Assembly: GCF_006345805.1 (NCBI RefSeq)
Contig: NW_021834879.1
Location: 1 to 42,691 of the forward strand
Direction: 5' to 3'
From: Octopus sinensis
Lineage: Eukaryota
Length of the DNA: 42,691 nt
Of the stretch, positions 22,880-35,679 are shown in pieces. Numbering within the stretch: position 1 is the stretch's first letter; each line of letters begins with the position of its first letter. Both the position numbers and the translations under genes were made by a program. The notes beneath the pieces were generated by a model. That model was not told the DNA's origin. It ran no database searches and saw only the letters and a list, made by a program, of their open reading frames with translations.

Positions 22880-23240
22880 AAAGTCCAGGGCATCAGGACA
22901 AGGGCAATGCGTCAGCCCACAATTCAATCCAGGCAATCAACTAATTGATAGAAATAGGCATCAGAGCTATCCCTGATCCTCCTTACAGCACAGACCTTGC
23001 TCCATTTTATTTTGGTTATTCCCCGAAGCTGAGGAAGAAATTGAAGGAATCTGTGGTAAGTGTCCTGTAAACCTTCAATCTGGAGGACCACCATGAAGCC
23101 TTCACGAAGTGTCTGGAACACTAGATCAAGGGTATTGAAGCCAGATTATCCAACTTTGAAGGAGATAAGAAATTTGTACTTATTTGATATTAATTAATGG
23201 TCCTCATTAAAATATCTCAAAATATCTGAAACGCACTTTT
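22880..23240 (+). mobile_element. Second mariner fragment (catalytic C-terminal part), decayed
   Basis: Q(D)..NASAHNSIQA...IGIRAIPDPPYSTDLAP.YFWLFP matches the mariner pattern HQDNAPxH...PHPPYSPDLAPxDFWLFP. Confidence 0.75.
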
Positions 23241-23251
23241 AATAGACACTA

Positions 23252-23764
23252 TTGTGACCTCCTTCGGTCATGAATGACCATAGAATTGCACCTAGAAAGT
23301 TACCCTCCGAGGTACAAATCTGGGCAAGGTTGTTTATGGAAGATCAGCAGTCGCCCACGCATACCAGCCTCCCCTCTCCACTCCACCGATGTTATATAAG
23401 GGAAAGGCAAAGGGGCCGATACAGCTCGGCACCATTGGCGTCGCAGCTTATTTATTAACGTGCAAGTGGCTGAGCACTCCACAGACACGTGTACCCTTAA
23501 CGTAGTTCTCGAGGAGATTCAGCGTGACACACTGTGACAAATCTGGCCCTTTGAAATACAGGTACAACAGAAACAGGAAGAAAGAATGAGAGAAAGTTGT
23601 GGTGAAAGAGTACAGCAGGGATCTCCACCACCCCCTGCCGGAGCCTCGTGGAGCTTTAGGTGTTCTCATTCAATAAACACTCACAATGTTCGGTCTGGGA
23701 ATCGAAACCGCGATCCTACGACCGCGAGTCCGCTGCCCTAACCACTGGGCCATTGCGCCTCCAC
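23252..23764 (-). mobile_element. tRNA-headed SINE (family D) with 11-bp TSD
   Basis: Minus-strand head GGCGCAATGGCCCAGTGGTTAGGGCAGCGGACTCGCGGTCG..GGTTTCGATTCCCAG. AATAGACACTA at 23241-23251 and 23765-23775. Confidence 0.85.
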
Positions 23765-23901
23765 AATAGACACTACACACTTAATTACTGACTGGTTACC
23801 TATTAATCTAAAACTCTCAAATAAAATTCTTACTGCAGGGCCTACACTTGTCATATTCAGGAAGACTTTATGACTGCGGCCTGAACATAAACTTTGACTG
23901 T

Positions 23902-24072
23902 CTAGAAACACTTATGATGAATTTGGGAATTTATATATCTTTTTGCACTAAAACAGTCTATAATGTAATTAGGTGACAGGAGACTATCTAGAAATATTTA
24001 TGATGAATTTGGGAATTTGTATTTTTTTTTACACAAAATAAAAACGTCTCTTTTAATTAGGTGACAGGAGAC
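23902..24072 (+). repeat. ~85-bp tandem duplication
   Basis: CTAGAAA..TTATGATGAATTTGGGAATTT...TAATTAGGTGACAGGAGAC occurs twice. Confidence 0.85.
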
Positions 24073-24720
24073 AAAACAGTATATCCCTTGATGAATAATT
24101 AATTAATTTGCTAATTTCTGTTGAATCGTTTTGATAGTTCTTGATTTACGCTATTCTAACAATTAGCAAATTTACGCTCACACACATACACACATCACGC
24201 ACACGCACACGCACGCACAAGCACACGCGCACACACAGACATACACCTATACACGATTTCATTTACATACAGAAGTTGCGGCTCTTTACGTTTTGAGCAG
24301 AAAGGCTGCCGAGGTTGACATTCATCGTTTCGGTGTTTATAAAATGTCATCAATTTGCCCCTCCCCTCAAAATTGTTTGTCCTTCTCTCAAAACTTTAAG
24401 TCCTCATGTGTACATGCATACATACATGTATGTGTGTGTATGTGTGTGAGTGTGTCGTTTGTATGTTCGTATATAAATATGTGGAAATATGTATATACAT
24501 GTATACGACTCTTTCTATTGTATACATGTGTAGAAATATGTATATACATGCATATACGTCCAGTCTTTGAATATCCGAGCAAGAAAAGAAAGATGGTCAC
24601 GTGCGGAAACGGACACTCACACACATACATACAAACAAACAAACAAACATGCATACGACACACACACAACGAACACAGACCATATGGTAATATATATATA
24701 TATATATTATTATATATATA

Positions 24721-25140
24721 GGCGCAGGAGTGGCTGTGTGGTAAGTAGCTTGTTTACCAACCACATGGTTCCAGGTTCAGTCCCACTGCGTGGAACGTTG
24801 GGCAAGTGTCTTCTACTATAGCCTCGGGCCGACCAATGCCTTGTGAATGGATTTGGTAGACGGAAACTGAAAGAAGCCCGTCGTATAAATGTATATATAT
24901 ATATATATATATAATATATATGCGTGTGTGTGTTTGTGTTGTCTGTGTTGTCCCCTTAGCATTGCTGACAACCGATGCTGTTGTGTTTATGTCCCCGTTC
25001 TTAGCGGTTTTGGCAAAAGAGACCGATAGAATAAGTACTGGCTTACAAAGAATAAGTCCCGCGTCGAGTTGCTCGATCAAAGGTGGTGCTCCAGCATGGC
25101 CGCAGTCAAATGACTGAAACAAGTAAAAGAGTAAAAGAGA
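24721..25140 (+). mobile_element. SINE family B, full copy, within (TA)n
   Basis: Near-identical to 22171-22590. Confidence 0.92.
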
Positions 25141-25148
25141 GAGTATAT

Positions 25149-25186
<38 letters not shown>

Positions 25187-26133
25187 GAAGAGAGAGAGAG
25201 AGAGGGGACGAGAAGCGCGAGAAGACGGAAAGAGAGAGTGAAATTTAATAACGACGGCTACTCAATTGTATATATGCATGTATTCGTGTATGAATTCTAT
25301 GAATGCGGCATAAAAGTACAAATACTTTCGGTTATGCAATGTGAATGCAATACCAATGACTGTTGCTCTTGTTAAGCACTTCATACAGAAACTGTTGCTA
25401 TTCTCTCTGAATCTGCATTCATTTAGTATTGGGAGGTCATTATATGACAACCAAATATCTAACTTGATTAAAGATTTCCACTTACCTTGCACAGATAACT
25501 GCAATATAACGTTTGGTGAGCCATTAATTACAGCCTATCAATCACAATACAACAGTCTCTTCTCCAAACCAACATATCGCTCTACATTAAGTTTAGATTT
25601 AAATACGAACCGCCATTTGTTTCCGTTCCTCAACTCAATTTGTAAATTTAATTGCCAAATCGACCTGGTTGCTGGTGTCCGTTTCTGTGATTACCACTTT
25701 AATTACTAACACAATAACACTTGTCTAATATCTAGCCTTCTGCCCACTGAAGATGGCTACATGTGCGTCCAAAATCTAATTAAGCCTTTATACAGTTTTC
25801 GTAGTTCAGTCACGGTGATATGAATTCTTCTGAGTCAAATCAAACGCTTCGCAACTAAATATTGATTTCGAATTTTGGTACAAGGCCAGCAATTTCGGTG
25901 AAGGCATAAATCGATTTCATCGACCTCAGCGTTCAAATCGTAATTATTTTATCGACTCCAAGAATATATATAAGGAGGCAGCTGTGCATCGATAGCCAGG
26001 TGAAAAAATATATTCCTGGGGCTAACAAAAGGGTAGTAATACCGTCCTAATCCGGGCAGCCACTTTACGCTGTCAGATAGACTTTACTCTGGCGTACTGT
26101 TACTCCTTATTTCTCGCTCAGAGATTTAAAACT

Positions 26134-26340
<207 letters not shown>

Positions 26341-26518
26341 TAATAATAATAAATATTAGGGAATAAATCCAAATTTACAGGGAAAAAATCAGATTTAGGA
26401 TTAATCCAATTTATAGTAAAATATTTATATTTAATTCGAGACAAAACCACTATTTTGCAAAACAAACAAGGAAAGACTTAATCAATACATAAAATTTTAA
26501 TATAAAGTAAATAAACCG

Positions 26519-26560
26519 CCACTACATCGTTCATGTCTTCAAATGACATTCGTCAGGTGG
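26519..26560 (-). ncRNA. Type I hammerhead motif missing one A of GAAA
   Basis: CCAC-CUGACGA-AUGUC(AUUUGAA)GACAU-GAAC-GAU-GUA-GUGG. Confidence 0.5.
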
Positions 26561-26653
26561 ATTTTGCAAAATAGTGGTTTTGTCTCGAATTAATATTATA
26601 TATATATATATATATTATATCCTTATTTTAAGCAGCAGAAAATTCACCAAAAT

Positions 26654-26690
26654 CTGTTACTCTGAGTTTCTCGTTGCCGTCATCAGACAG
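26654..26690 (-). ncRNA. Type I hammerhead motif with long extended stem I
   Basis: CUGU-CUGAUGA-CG(GCAA)CG-A-GAAAC-UCAGA-GUA-ACAG. Stem I extends through the 25-bp inverted repeat 26622-26646 / 26695-26720. Confidence 0.65.
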
Positions 26691-26937
26691 TTTTTGAATT
26701 TTCTGCTGCTTAAAATAAAGCATATTACTCTACCACTGGTATTTGAGTACTCTTTTTTCCACCTTGTTTCACATTTATGTGTTTACTCCGGTATATATAT
26801 ATTATATTATAATATATATAATATTATATATATATATAATATTGATCAATTTAGGGTAGCAAAAAATTCAATAGAAATTATTTTGCCACCAGCGGTCTAG
26901 TTGAAAGAGGAAATAGTCAGAGACTATTAATAAATTC

Positions 26938-27074
26938 AACAACAATGAGGAACGGCTACAATAGGCCGTTCGACCCACTAAATAGCAGCCAGGGCTCCAA
27001 CTATTTCGGTTGGAGCCCTGGCTGCTATTTCTAGTGGGTCGAACGGTCTATTGTAGCCGTTCCTCAATTGTTGT
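26938..27074. repeat. GC-rich near-perfect hairpin (~64-bp stem, 7-nt loop)
   Basis: 26938-27001 pairs with 27009-27074. Confidence 0.92.
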
Positions 27075-27081
27075 ATATATA

Positions 27082-27133
<52 letters not shown>

Positions 27134-27358
27134 TTTATATTAAATAGAGATAAAACCACTATTAGGCAAATCATACAATGAAAATCTTAAGCCAATACGT
27201 AAGATTAATTAATTTATATTAATTTAAACATATATATCAAAATTATTAAAAAAGATAATTAATATAACACTACGATATATATATTATATATATATATAAA
27301 TATAAATATATATATATTTATGTATATATATATATATAATGTTTGTGTGTGTGTGTAC

Positions 27359-27404
<46 letters not shown>

Positions 27405-27773
27405 ATATATATTATATTATTTATTATCTATATGTGTGTGTATGTGTGTGTATGTATATATGATGGTTTCAAATGTCCCTTCTCCCTTCTCTTCCCATCC
27501 GTTGTTTCTTTCCCTCATCATTTCCCTTGTCCCTCTTCTCCTCTGCCTGTTCCCCTTCTTTACTGCTCCCACGTGACTACAGGCCATTTCTCTTATCTCT
27601 AACTTGATTCAAGATTAATTTGTCTTGCTCGCTTACGTTCTGGTGTTTGCTATATTTTCTTGAGAACATTTCTTAGTGGTAAAACCATAGCGGATATACT
27701 TCTAGCGTAAGGGTTGTCCACATAACGGTCATACCTCTCGTATACATACATACACACACCACACACACACACA

Positions 27774-27804
<31 letters not shown>

Positions 27805-28464
27805 TATATAGATATATATATATATATATATAAATATCCCCTTTATATTCTAGAGACTATCATACTCGGTAACTGTAAAGATTCCATTCCATGATTACAC
27901 AGAATTGTTTAATGCATAGAAATGCTCAGTGTCTGGTGTGTACGCAGAAGAATGAAGAGTTAGACAGATAAAGAGATTCAGAGATTGGTATATAGATTGA
28001 TGGATAAAAAGAAAGAGAACGGCTGAGCGAGAGAGCGAGAGAGAGAGAGCAGGAGAGAAGATTACTGAGTCTTAAATAATTTATGTTGTTGCATGTAACA
28101 ATGGAATATTCGTTGTCAATTATCGAAGATACAATTGGTGACAGCTAATAAATAAGCAAATAAATAAACAAATAAAAAAAAAACTCATTAGTTGTATAAT
28201 AAGGTACATAATTAATTCATTAAGCATTAATTAGTAATAATCCATCTCTATAGAATTAGTGAAACGCTCCATTTATATATCTGACCAATATAATCTTTCG
28301 CTGTTGGTAAAGAGAATTATTGATTGAACAGTGCAACATAGAATTAAATAGCCACGTATATATGTATGCATGCATGTATGTATGTATGTGTTGATGTATA
28401 TTTGTGTGTATGCATTTAAGTATGTATATGTATATATGTTGATATGTATGTATGTTTGTGTGTA

Positions 28465-28552
<88 letters not shown>

Positions 28553-29117
28553 GTATATTTAACGTCCATGCTTTTCTGTTTTAGACATGTGTTATTGCAT
28601 ACACGACTGTGTGCTGGAATTAATTATTCATTTATTGTCAATAATTTATCACATATTCTTCTGAGTTCCTCGCAGGTTGTTTGCGACAGTAAAGTTCCCA
28701 AATTCTTCATCAATATTTCCAAGGTTTCATCTTCTGAACTTGAGGTTAGAGCAACGTAAAGGTGTGTATGCATAAATGAGTGTGTATATATATATGTATA
28801 TGTATATATGTATATATATACATATATGCATGTATGAATATAAACATACATATATATGCATGTATACACACACACACACATACTTATACACATATATGTT
28901 ATTATATTACGGGATGGTCATTCTTTTTTTGCCAAATAAACACACGCACTGTATATACGTTCTTCATTTGTTTATTTCTGTTTTTATTTTAACTTATGTT
29001 CCTTGTCCGGAAATCTTTCGTTAGCATCTGTGACATCACCAGCGACAATTTCCTTCTTTGTGCATCCTCCGGCTCTCCTTAGTCCATATATATGCATATG
29101 CATATTAAAAAAACACA

Positions 29118-29157
<40 letters not shown>

Positions 29158-29332
29158 ATGAACAGCTGAAATTTATAGAAAAATGAAAGACAGGTAGCTG
29201 TGTGAACAACAAGCAAGCGTGTTAGTTTGACGCTAGGGAAAATGAAAAAGTCTTTTATGTTTCGAGCCTACGCTCTTTAACAGAACGGAATAAGAGAAAA
29301 TAAACAAAGAGATAGAGAATACAAAAAAACTT

Positions 29333-29552
29333 GTATGGCGTATTGAAAAGTTACTGGCTTGAAGGGTATCATGAAAGGCCTGGTTGGAGGCATAAACTTC
29401 TGAATTCTTTTACAAGGCTTTGAAAGACTGAAGGTCCGCTGCAATAAGTGTGTGAATCTGAGAGGGGAACATGTTGAATAGAATCATAATTAAATGGTCC
29501 TCCTCTATCTTCTTTTACCCAAAGCTGTACACGTTTCAACACGCTGACTGTG
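29333..29552 (+). mobile_element. Mariner-derived MITE-like element, decayed
   Basis: Contains LLQGFERLKVRCNKCVNLRGEHVE* (mariner C-terminus pattern ...KCV..GxYVE*). Imperfect terminal inverted repeats TTGAAAAGTTACTGGCTT / AAAGCTGTACACGTTTCAA. Confidence 0.65.
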
Positions 29553-31013
29553 TGTATATAAAGATTAATATATAGATAGTAGTTGACCCTGTGGACGTGA
29601 ATGTCTGTACGTAAATCTGTACGTAAATGCATACCGCTTCGTAATGCACTGAATTTTTAGTGCTTTGTACTTATCTCCCGTGACTTATTCACATTCCTGA
29701 TAATAAAGCAATTTCTCATTAACATCCAGTACTAGTGTATTATGTGATATTAAATTATTACAAGCTCGTACAACAGCCAGAACCAAAAAGATGAAGTTAA
29801 TTAATGTTGATGAATGTACTCACTCACATTAATGATAAAGATTTTGTTTTTATACATGCTGAATAATGTCCTACGGATATTAATTCGGATTTGGATGTTT
29901 AGATATTTCCTTTTACCTTACATCTAAGCAAATTACTCTCACATATAAATAATTATCGTTTCATTAATCCTGTACTTGCTATGAAATTTATATATAAAAT
30001 CAAATTATTTAACTACAAGAATCAATTATCACGTTCTCCACCCTACCCTACCCAAACCATTATTGGGACATTAAAACTAACTAATTCTCTGCTATAATTT
30101 GTTTACTAGCTTTCCAAAATTAACCTTACGACTTGCACTTCAGTGACACAACAAAGTCTGTAATATAACATGTAGCTGTTCACTATCTTCTGTTCGATAT
30201 TAATCAGACACAATTGTTAATCTCTACCTGCAGCATTAAAATTTTATCTGTTTTCTTTCGAACTCAAACTCTACTGATCTCCCACAGCATTGCATTTAAT
30301 CAATTTTTTTTCCATTCCTCTCTTACTTTTTCAGCTTCCATTGTCATTTTTTTTCTCCAGCGCCAATTCTTAGGCATAGATATTTATACATATATATGTG
30401 CATTATACATCCATGCATCCATACAAACATAGATACGTACGTACATACATACTTACATACATACAAATATAGATACGCACATATATACATATATACATAC
30501 AAATAAACATATATAAATACATATATTTATATGCATATTCTTATATATCTATTTATAAATGTATGTAGTAGAAATACATATTAATATATATATATACACA
30601 TGTACATATACATATACATATACACATATACATACATACATACTTATATACATAGAGATATCCATGCATACATACATACATACATACATACATGCATGCA
30701 CACACACATACTGACATATATATATAGTTCGTATGTATTCGGGTCTTCGAGGGAGGATGACCTCCCTTTGCAAATAACACAAGGGCACTGAGATAGTGTC
30801 TAAAGTCCTTCTGATGACGTTGATCGCCTGGGGCTAAAAGCATCAGTAACCCCCTCCCCAGTGGCTAGCCACATTCAGATGGCTAATACCTCTTACGCTG
30901 TCGAGCGGTTACTGTTTATATCTCGTTCAGAGATTTATTATTGTTTTCAGACAGTTTTTCTACATCCGTGACAGTGGTTACTGTGAAAAACATTATATAT
31001 TATATAAATATAT

Positions 31014-31318
31014 AAAGAAAATAGATGATGGGTAACAATTGGATTTGCATCAGTTATCATATATTAATAAGTTACAAAAAGACTGCATCCCATCCAACAG
31101 CTGTTTCTGCTGCCAATGTCCTTTGCAATTATCATTATAATGCTATGAGAATATTTATCGTAGTTGGTAATAAAACCGATTTGAATCATGGAGTTTCAGC
31201 AGAGTAGAAAATAAATAAATAAAAAGAGACAAGAACAGAAGAAGGAAAGGTTTAATTTGGTTGGAGTCGTGGCATGTTGAGTGTAGAGCGATTGGACGAT
31301 AAGTAAATGACCAAAATA
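31014..31318 (+). repeat. Inverted duplicate of 32085-32412
   Basis: About 300-bp arms alignable by eye with scattered substitutions, one microhomology (GATGG) deletion, and a ~770-bp spacer. Confidence 0.9.
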
Positions 31319-32084
31319 TAAAATAAAAGTGGTATTTGGTCGGATATTCCAATGCACGCTGCGGACATAGGGTAGAAAAATAATAGTTATTTACGCAAAT
31401 AGGATAGGTCAAAGGAGGAGTATAAGTACGATAAAGTGTTAGTAATCATAAGTATGTTTATAGTATTAAGTAACTGTATTATCATAATATATCACTTATC
31501 GATTTAATATAATTTTTCACTTACTACAAGTAGGGATTTAAGCCAATCCACCTATTGTTAAAAGTAAGTAGATTAGGGACCACCGCCAGATGAAATTGGT
31601 CAGTTAGTATTTAAGAACATTATTCTCCGGGATAAAATAAATGAATGATATATGCTATAAAGGCCCCGAAGCCGTTTAAGTCAATATAAAAATAAAGATA
31701 TAAAATGTAAAAATATAAAATGAAATAAAATAAGACTAATAAAATAATGATAAAAATTAGAAAATTTTCTAGTTGTACATTTAGGAATAAAATGAAATAT
31801 AAAATTATAAAAATAACAAGAAAATTTTCCAGTTCGACATTTAAAAGTTTTGATGGTTAAGGGGAGATAATAAATGGATTAATTAGCCGTCTGAGAGATA
31901 TACTAAGTTGGAAATTTATGCAGCCACCAAACAATCCCTTAACTAACCAGTCAGTCCACCAAATCAGTGAACTAACTAATTAATGAACCAATTTATTGAC
32001 TAAGCAATTAATTAATCAGTCAGCCAACCGATAAGAATAAGAAGTTGCAATATATAGATCCATATTTGATAAATTTTGATCATT

Positions 32085-32535
32085 TAAATTTTGGTCATTT
32101 ACTTATAATCCAATCGCTCTACACACAATATGCCATGCGTCGGATCATACTCAACCTTTCCTTCTTCTTTTCTTGTCTCTTGGTTTTATTTATTTATTTT
32201 CCACTCTGATAATAATACCTTGATTCAAATCGGTTTTATTACTAACTATGGAAAATATTCTCATAGCATCATAATGATAATTACAAAGTACATTGGCAGC
32301 AGAAACAGCTGTTGGATGAGATAAAGTTTTTTTGTAAATTATTATTAAATGATAACTGATGCAAATCCAATTGTTACCCATCAATGGTATCTCCATCATC
32401 TGTTTTCTTTCTAATGAAAGAGTAGGTTTGATTTTATTTAGAGAATGACCCTTCCAAAGTACAATATCGGTTGTTCCAGCGCAGAAGTTCTCATAAACAA
32501 TCTTCCAAGCACAAATGGGAAGAATATGCTTCAAA
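32085..32535 (-). pseudogene. Possible decayed Cys-loop ligand-gated (GluCl/GlyR-like) receptor fragment
   Basis: Ordered by-eye echoes across frames: FPF (32513-32521), TTDIVLWK..LSLER (from 32474), GNNWICI (32378), YLIQQLFLLP (32323-32294), RAI (32120-32112). Needs several frameshifts. Unverified. Confidence 0.4.
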
Positions 32536-33400
32536 CACACACACACACACTCACATCGAAACAAGTATACCCCACCACCATCACCACCAATACCACCACC
32601 ACTCAGACACTCACATACACACGCGCACACACACATATTGGTACTTCCGAAACGAAGGTGTGTGTGCGTGTGCGTGTAGGCGAGAATGTGTAAATGTGTG
32701 TGCGTGGGAATAGGGGCTAGTGACTTTGACGTGTGAATGTGTGTGTGTGTGTAAGTGTGTGCGTCTGTAATGTGTAGGTGTGTAGATGATGGTGTGTGGG
32801 TGAGCGGATGATGGCCTCTGGTGTGGATGCTGGGAAGTGGTCAGTGCAAATGTATGTGGAGTGGTGTGTGGTGGTGTGTCATGGTGTGGTGGTATTGTGT
32901 TGTGTCGTGTCGCTGTAAGGGTGTGAGGGCGTGGGGTGGAGATATGAGGGTGGAGTGCGGGGGGTAACAAGAAAGAGAAAGGTTTCGTAGGAATGAAGAG
33001 AGAAAGTAGGTGTCAGATGAGGAGAGGAGGGGAGGGGAGTCAGAGGTAGAAAGAAGAGGAGGGGAGTCAGATGCAGAGAGGAGGGAAGTTGATCCTCTAG
33101 CGCAAAGGAGCGAAAGGTTGAAGATTGAATCTTGTTCGCAGCGAAGGCGGGAGTCCGGATGTCTCCTGTGCAAAGACAATACGAACACAGACACTGCGGC
33201 CAGAAAGAATATAAGAACGTTAGTTTGGCAGTGTTGAAAATATACCTGAATCTTAAACCTGTTGAAGGTTTCATATTTTGCAAAATATAACAAAATATCA
33301 GTTGTTTCTTTTGTTTTTCACTGTTAAATAGAAATAGTTCAGGAGATTTTGATGGCACAAGTATGTATGTAAACATACACTCACACACATACACACACAG

Positions 33401-33435
<35 letters not shown>

Positions 33436-33619
33436 CCATTTTGAGTTATTGATGATATATTAGAGATCAATAATTTTTGATAAATGATAAGCAATTTGAT
33501 GGACTTCATCACTGAAATCAGTTATACTGTTTTAACGATAGATCGATAGATTGATAGATCGATACATGCTAGACACAGGGTTTACGTTTAATGGCTGGTT
33601 TATATACCATTTTGACAGA

Positions 33620-33636
33620 CTTTAGGAAATACGCTT

Positions 33637-33692
<56 letters not shown>

Positions 33693-33914
33693 CACATATG
33701 TATGTATATACGTATGTATGTGTAACTGTCTGTCTGCCTGTATATGTATATGTATGTTTATGTGTGTGTATTGTATGTATGTAATCATCTACGTGTGTGT
33801 ACGTGTGTATCTGTGTACGCTTATTTATCTGTGTGCATATGTAGCTATATATGTATGTTTTTATGTGTTCGTATGTAAGTGCGTAAATTTGTTTCTATTG
33901 CTTGCTGTCCTTAG

Positions 33915-33966
<52 letters not shown>

Positions 33967-34300
33967 AATATACGTAACTTTCTATACATACATGTACTCA
34001 AACACACACACACATACACAAACACACTTATATATGCACACATATCTACATAGCACCTATTTAGCTCTCAAAGAAACGTAAAACGTGGTAAGTGTAATGT
34101 ATATCAAATTTGATGTCTACATCAATTGAACTGCTATATATATATGCTTGTTTGTGTGTGTGCATGTGTATGTATATAAATATATATATGCCTTTATATA
34201 TCATATATATAAATTGATATATATATGACATATATATATGTATGTATATATGTATATACATATATTTATATATATGATATATAGATATATACATGCATAT

Positions 34301-34375
<75 letters not shown>

Positions 34376-34430
34376 TGTAGTATGTGTGTGTGTGGTGTGT
34401 GTGTGTGTTTGGTGTGTGTGTGTGTGTGTG
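33620..34430. repeat. Compound (CT)/(TA)/(TG) microsatellite block
   Basis: Direct reading. Confidence 0.9.
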
Positions 34431-34758
34431 TGTGATATTCGTGTAACTTTCCAACTAGGAAATCCAATACGAGATATCTTGAATAGTGTCCAGTGTTACG
34501 CATTGCTCACTCCTTCCCTCTCTTCCTTCTTTCTTCCTCTTCTTCTCCTCCTCCTCCTCCTTCTTCTTCGTATTCTTCTTTTTTCTTCTTCTTCTTCATC
34601 ATCGTCGTCATCATCTTCTCTCTTCCGAGTTAGCAGCGCTTGAGAAGAATGAATCAATACTCATATATGTGTTTATGGTTACTTGTATGTATCTGTGTTT
34701 GTATATACTAACATATATATGTACATCATATCTATATATATATTTGCCTATATACATA

Positions 34759-34794
<36 letters not shown>

Positions 34795-34917
34795 TGTATG
34801 TATGTATGTATGTATGTATGTATGTATACACACACATATATGATACATATCATAGTGCAATCATCTTTTGTGCTTGACTGAAACGTACGTAAGTGTGTGT
34901 CTATGTGTGTCTGTGTT

Positions 34918-34971
<54 letters not shown>

Positions 34972-34984
34972 TATAATTCGACCA

Positions 34985-35480
34985 AGCAGTAGTCGGTATG
35001 TAAAGACCATTTACGGTATATTTGAAGTACTAATTTATAAAAATATGGTAAAGTAAAAATACACTTTACCACACACCGAACTTTTCAGAAATAGCAGCCA
35101 AAAATTTGGCTATTCTTCAACTGCAAATAAAAGTCTCCAGACAATGCATACTCAGAAAATAACTCACATAGGTATAAGGAAAAACAATGAAAGATCACAT
35201 CCATATACGATACCGAGGACAGTCTGTTTCTGGATTGTGGGTAAAACGCCACTTTTCCTTCATCAGCTCAGAGATTTCTTCTGATTTAGATTTGAAAATA
35301 CTAAGAATCTAACATACCCGTCCGATATCTGTAACATCGGACAAACCATGCCAGACACCCAGTACTAGCGAATCCATGGAGTTGATATATAGGGAAAAAA
35401 GTCAAGATAGAAAATGCTAAAATAATTTTATAAAAAACATTTGAATACCGGTTTCAGTCATTGAGACTTTTTCAACAGTA
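34985..35480. mobile_element. Penelope-like remnant related to 14400-14670
   Basis: CATCAGCTCAGAGATTTC..GATTTGAAAATACT is homologous to the reverse complement of ~14595-14632. Contains the hammerhead at 35213-35271. Confidence 0.6.
35213..35271 (-). ncRNA. Type I hammerhead ribozyme motif with canonical GUC site
   Basis: CUGAG-CUGAUGA-A-GGA(AAA)GUGG(CGUUUUAC)CCAC(AA)UCC-A-GAAAC-AGACU-GUC-CUCGG. Confidence 0.72.
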
Positions 35481-35679
35481 ACAATTAAACAATTAAATTT
35501 AGAAAAAAATTAGAAAAATTAAAAGAACCATACCCCACTCCAGATGACAAACCGGTCAAAGAGACAAAAATCAACATGAAAACAGAACTCCAACACATAT
35601 TAAACAATAAATCAGAGAAACAGTACTCCTTGGTCAATACTCTCAATGCTAGAGAGAGAAGTGAGCTTAAGTAAAAGCC

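Noticed and set aside
23690-23764. tRNA gene
   Set aside because: A and B boxes are present, but there is no acceptor stem and the sequence runs into a TSD-bounded SINE body. The same holds for the other SINE heads.
23902-24072. C/D box snoRNA (ATGATGA twice)
   Set aside because: No D box (CTGA) with terminal stem at a suitable distance. Explained by a simple tandem duplication.
25438-25535. Minus-strand exon ending at a perfect AG|GTAAGT donor (25486/25485), with a 49-bp open frame AVINGSPNVILQLSVQ
   Set aside because: Weak acceptor and no recognisable homology. One such site is expected by chance in a window of this size.
25341-25709. 122-aa non-repeat ORF
   Set aside because: No motif recognised, starts at a non-ATG codon in the track, and has no supporting gene structure.
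28624-28760. Protein-like minus-strand peptide EDETLEILMKNLGTLLSQTTCEELRRICDKLL*
   Set aside because: Short, with no recognised family and no convincing splice context.
29251-29286. Functional hammerhead (CTGTTAA-A-GAGC/GCTC-GAAAC-ATA)
   Set aside because: Core and stem III are mutated. Counted only as a degenerate PLE relic.
30811-30846. CTGATGA hammerhead core
   Set aside because: No downstream GAAA. It only forms a short CTGATG/CATCAG stem.
31130-31185. 'AMRIFIVVGNKTDL' resembling the small-GTPase NKxD (G4) motif
   Set aside because: No G1 (GxxxxGKS/T) or G3 (DxxG) motif at suitable spacing, and the second copy reads VSNKTDL.
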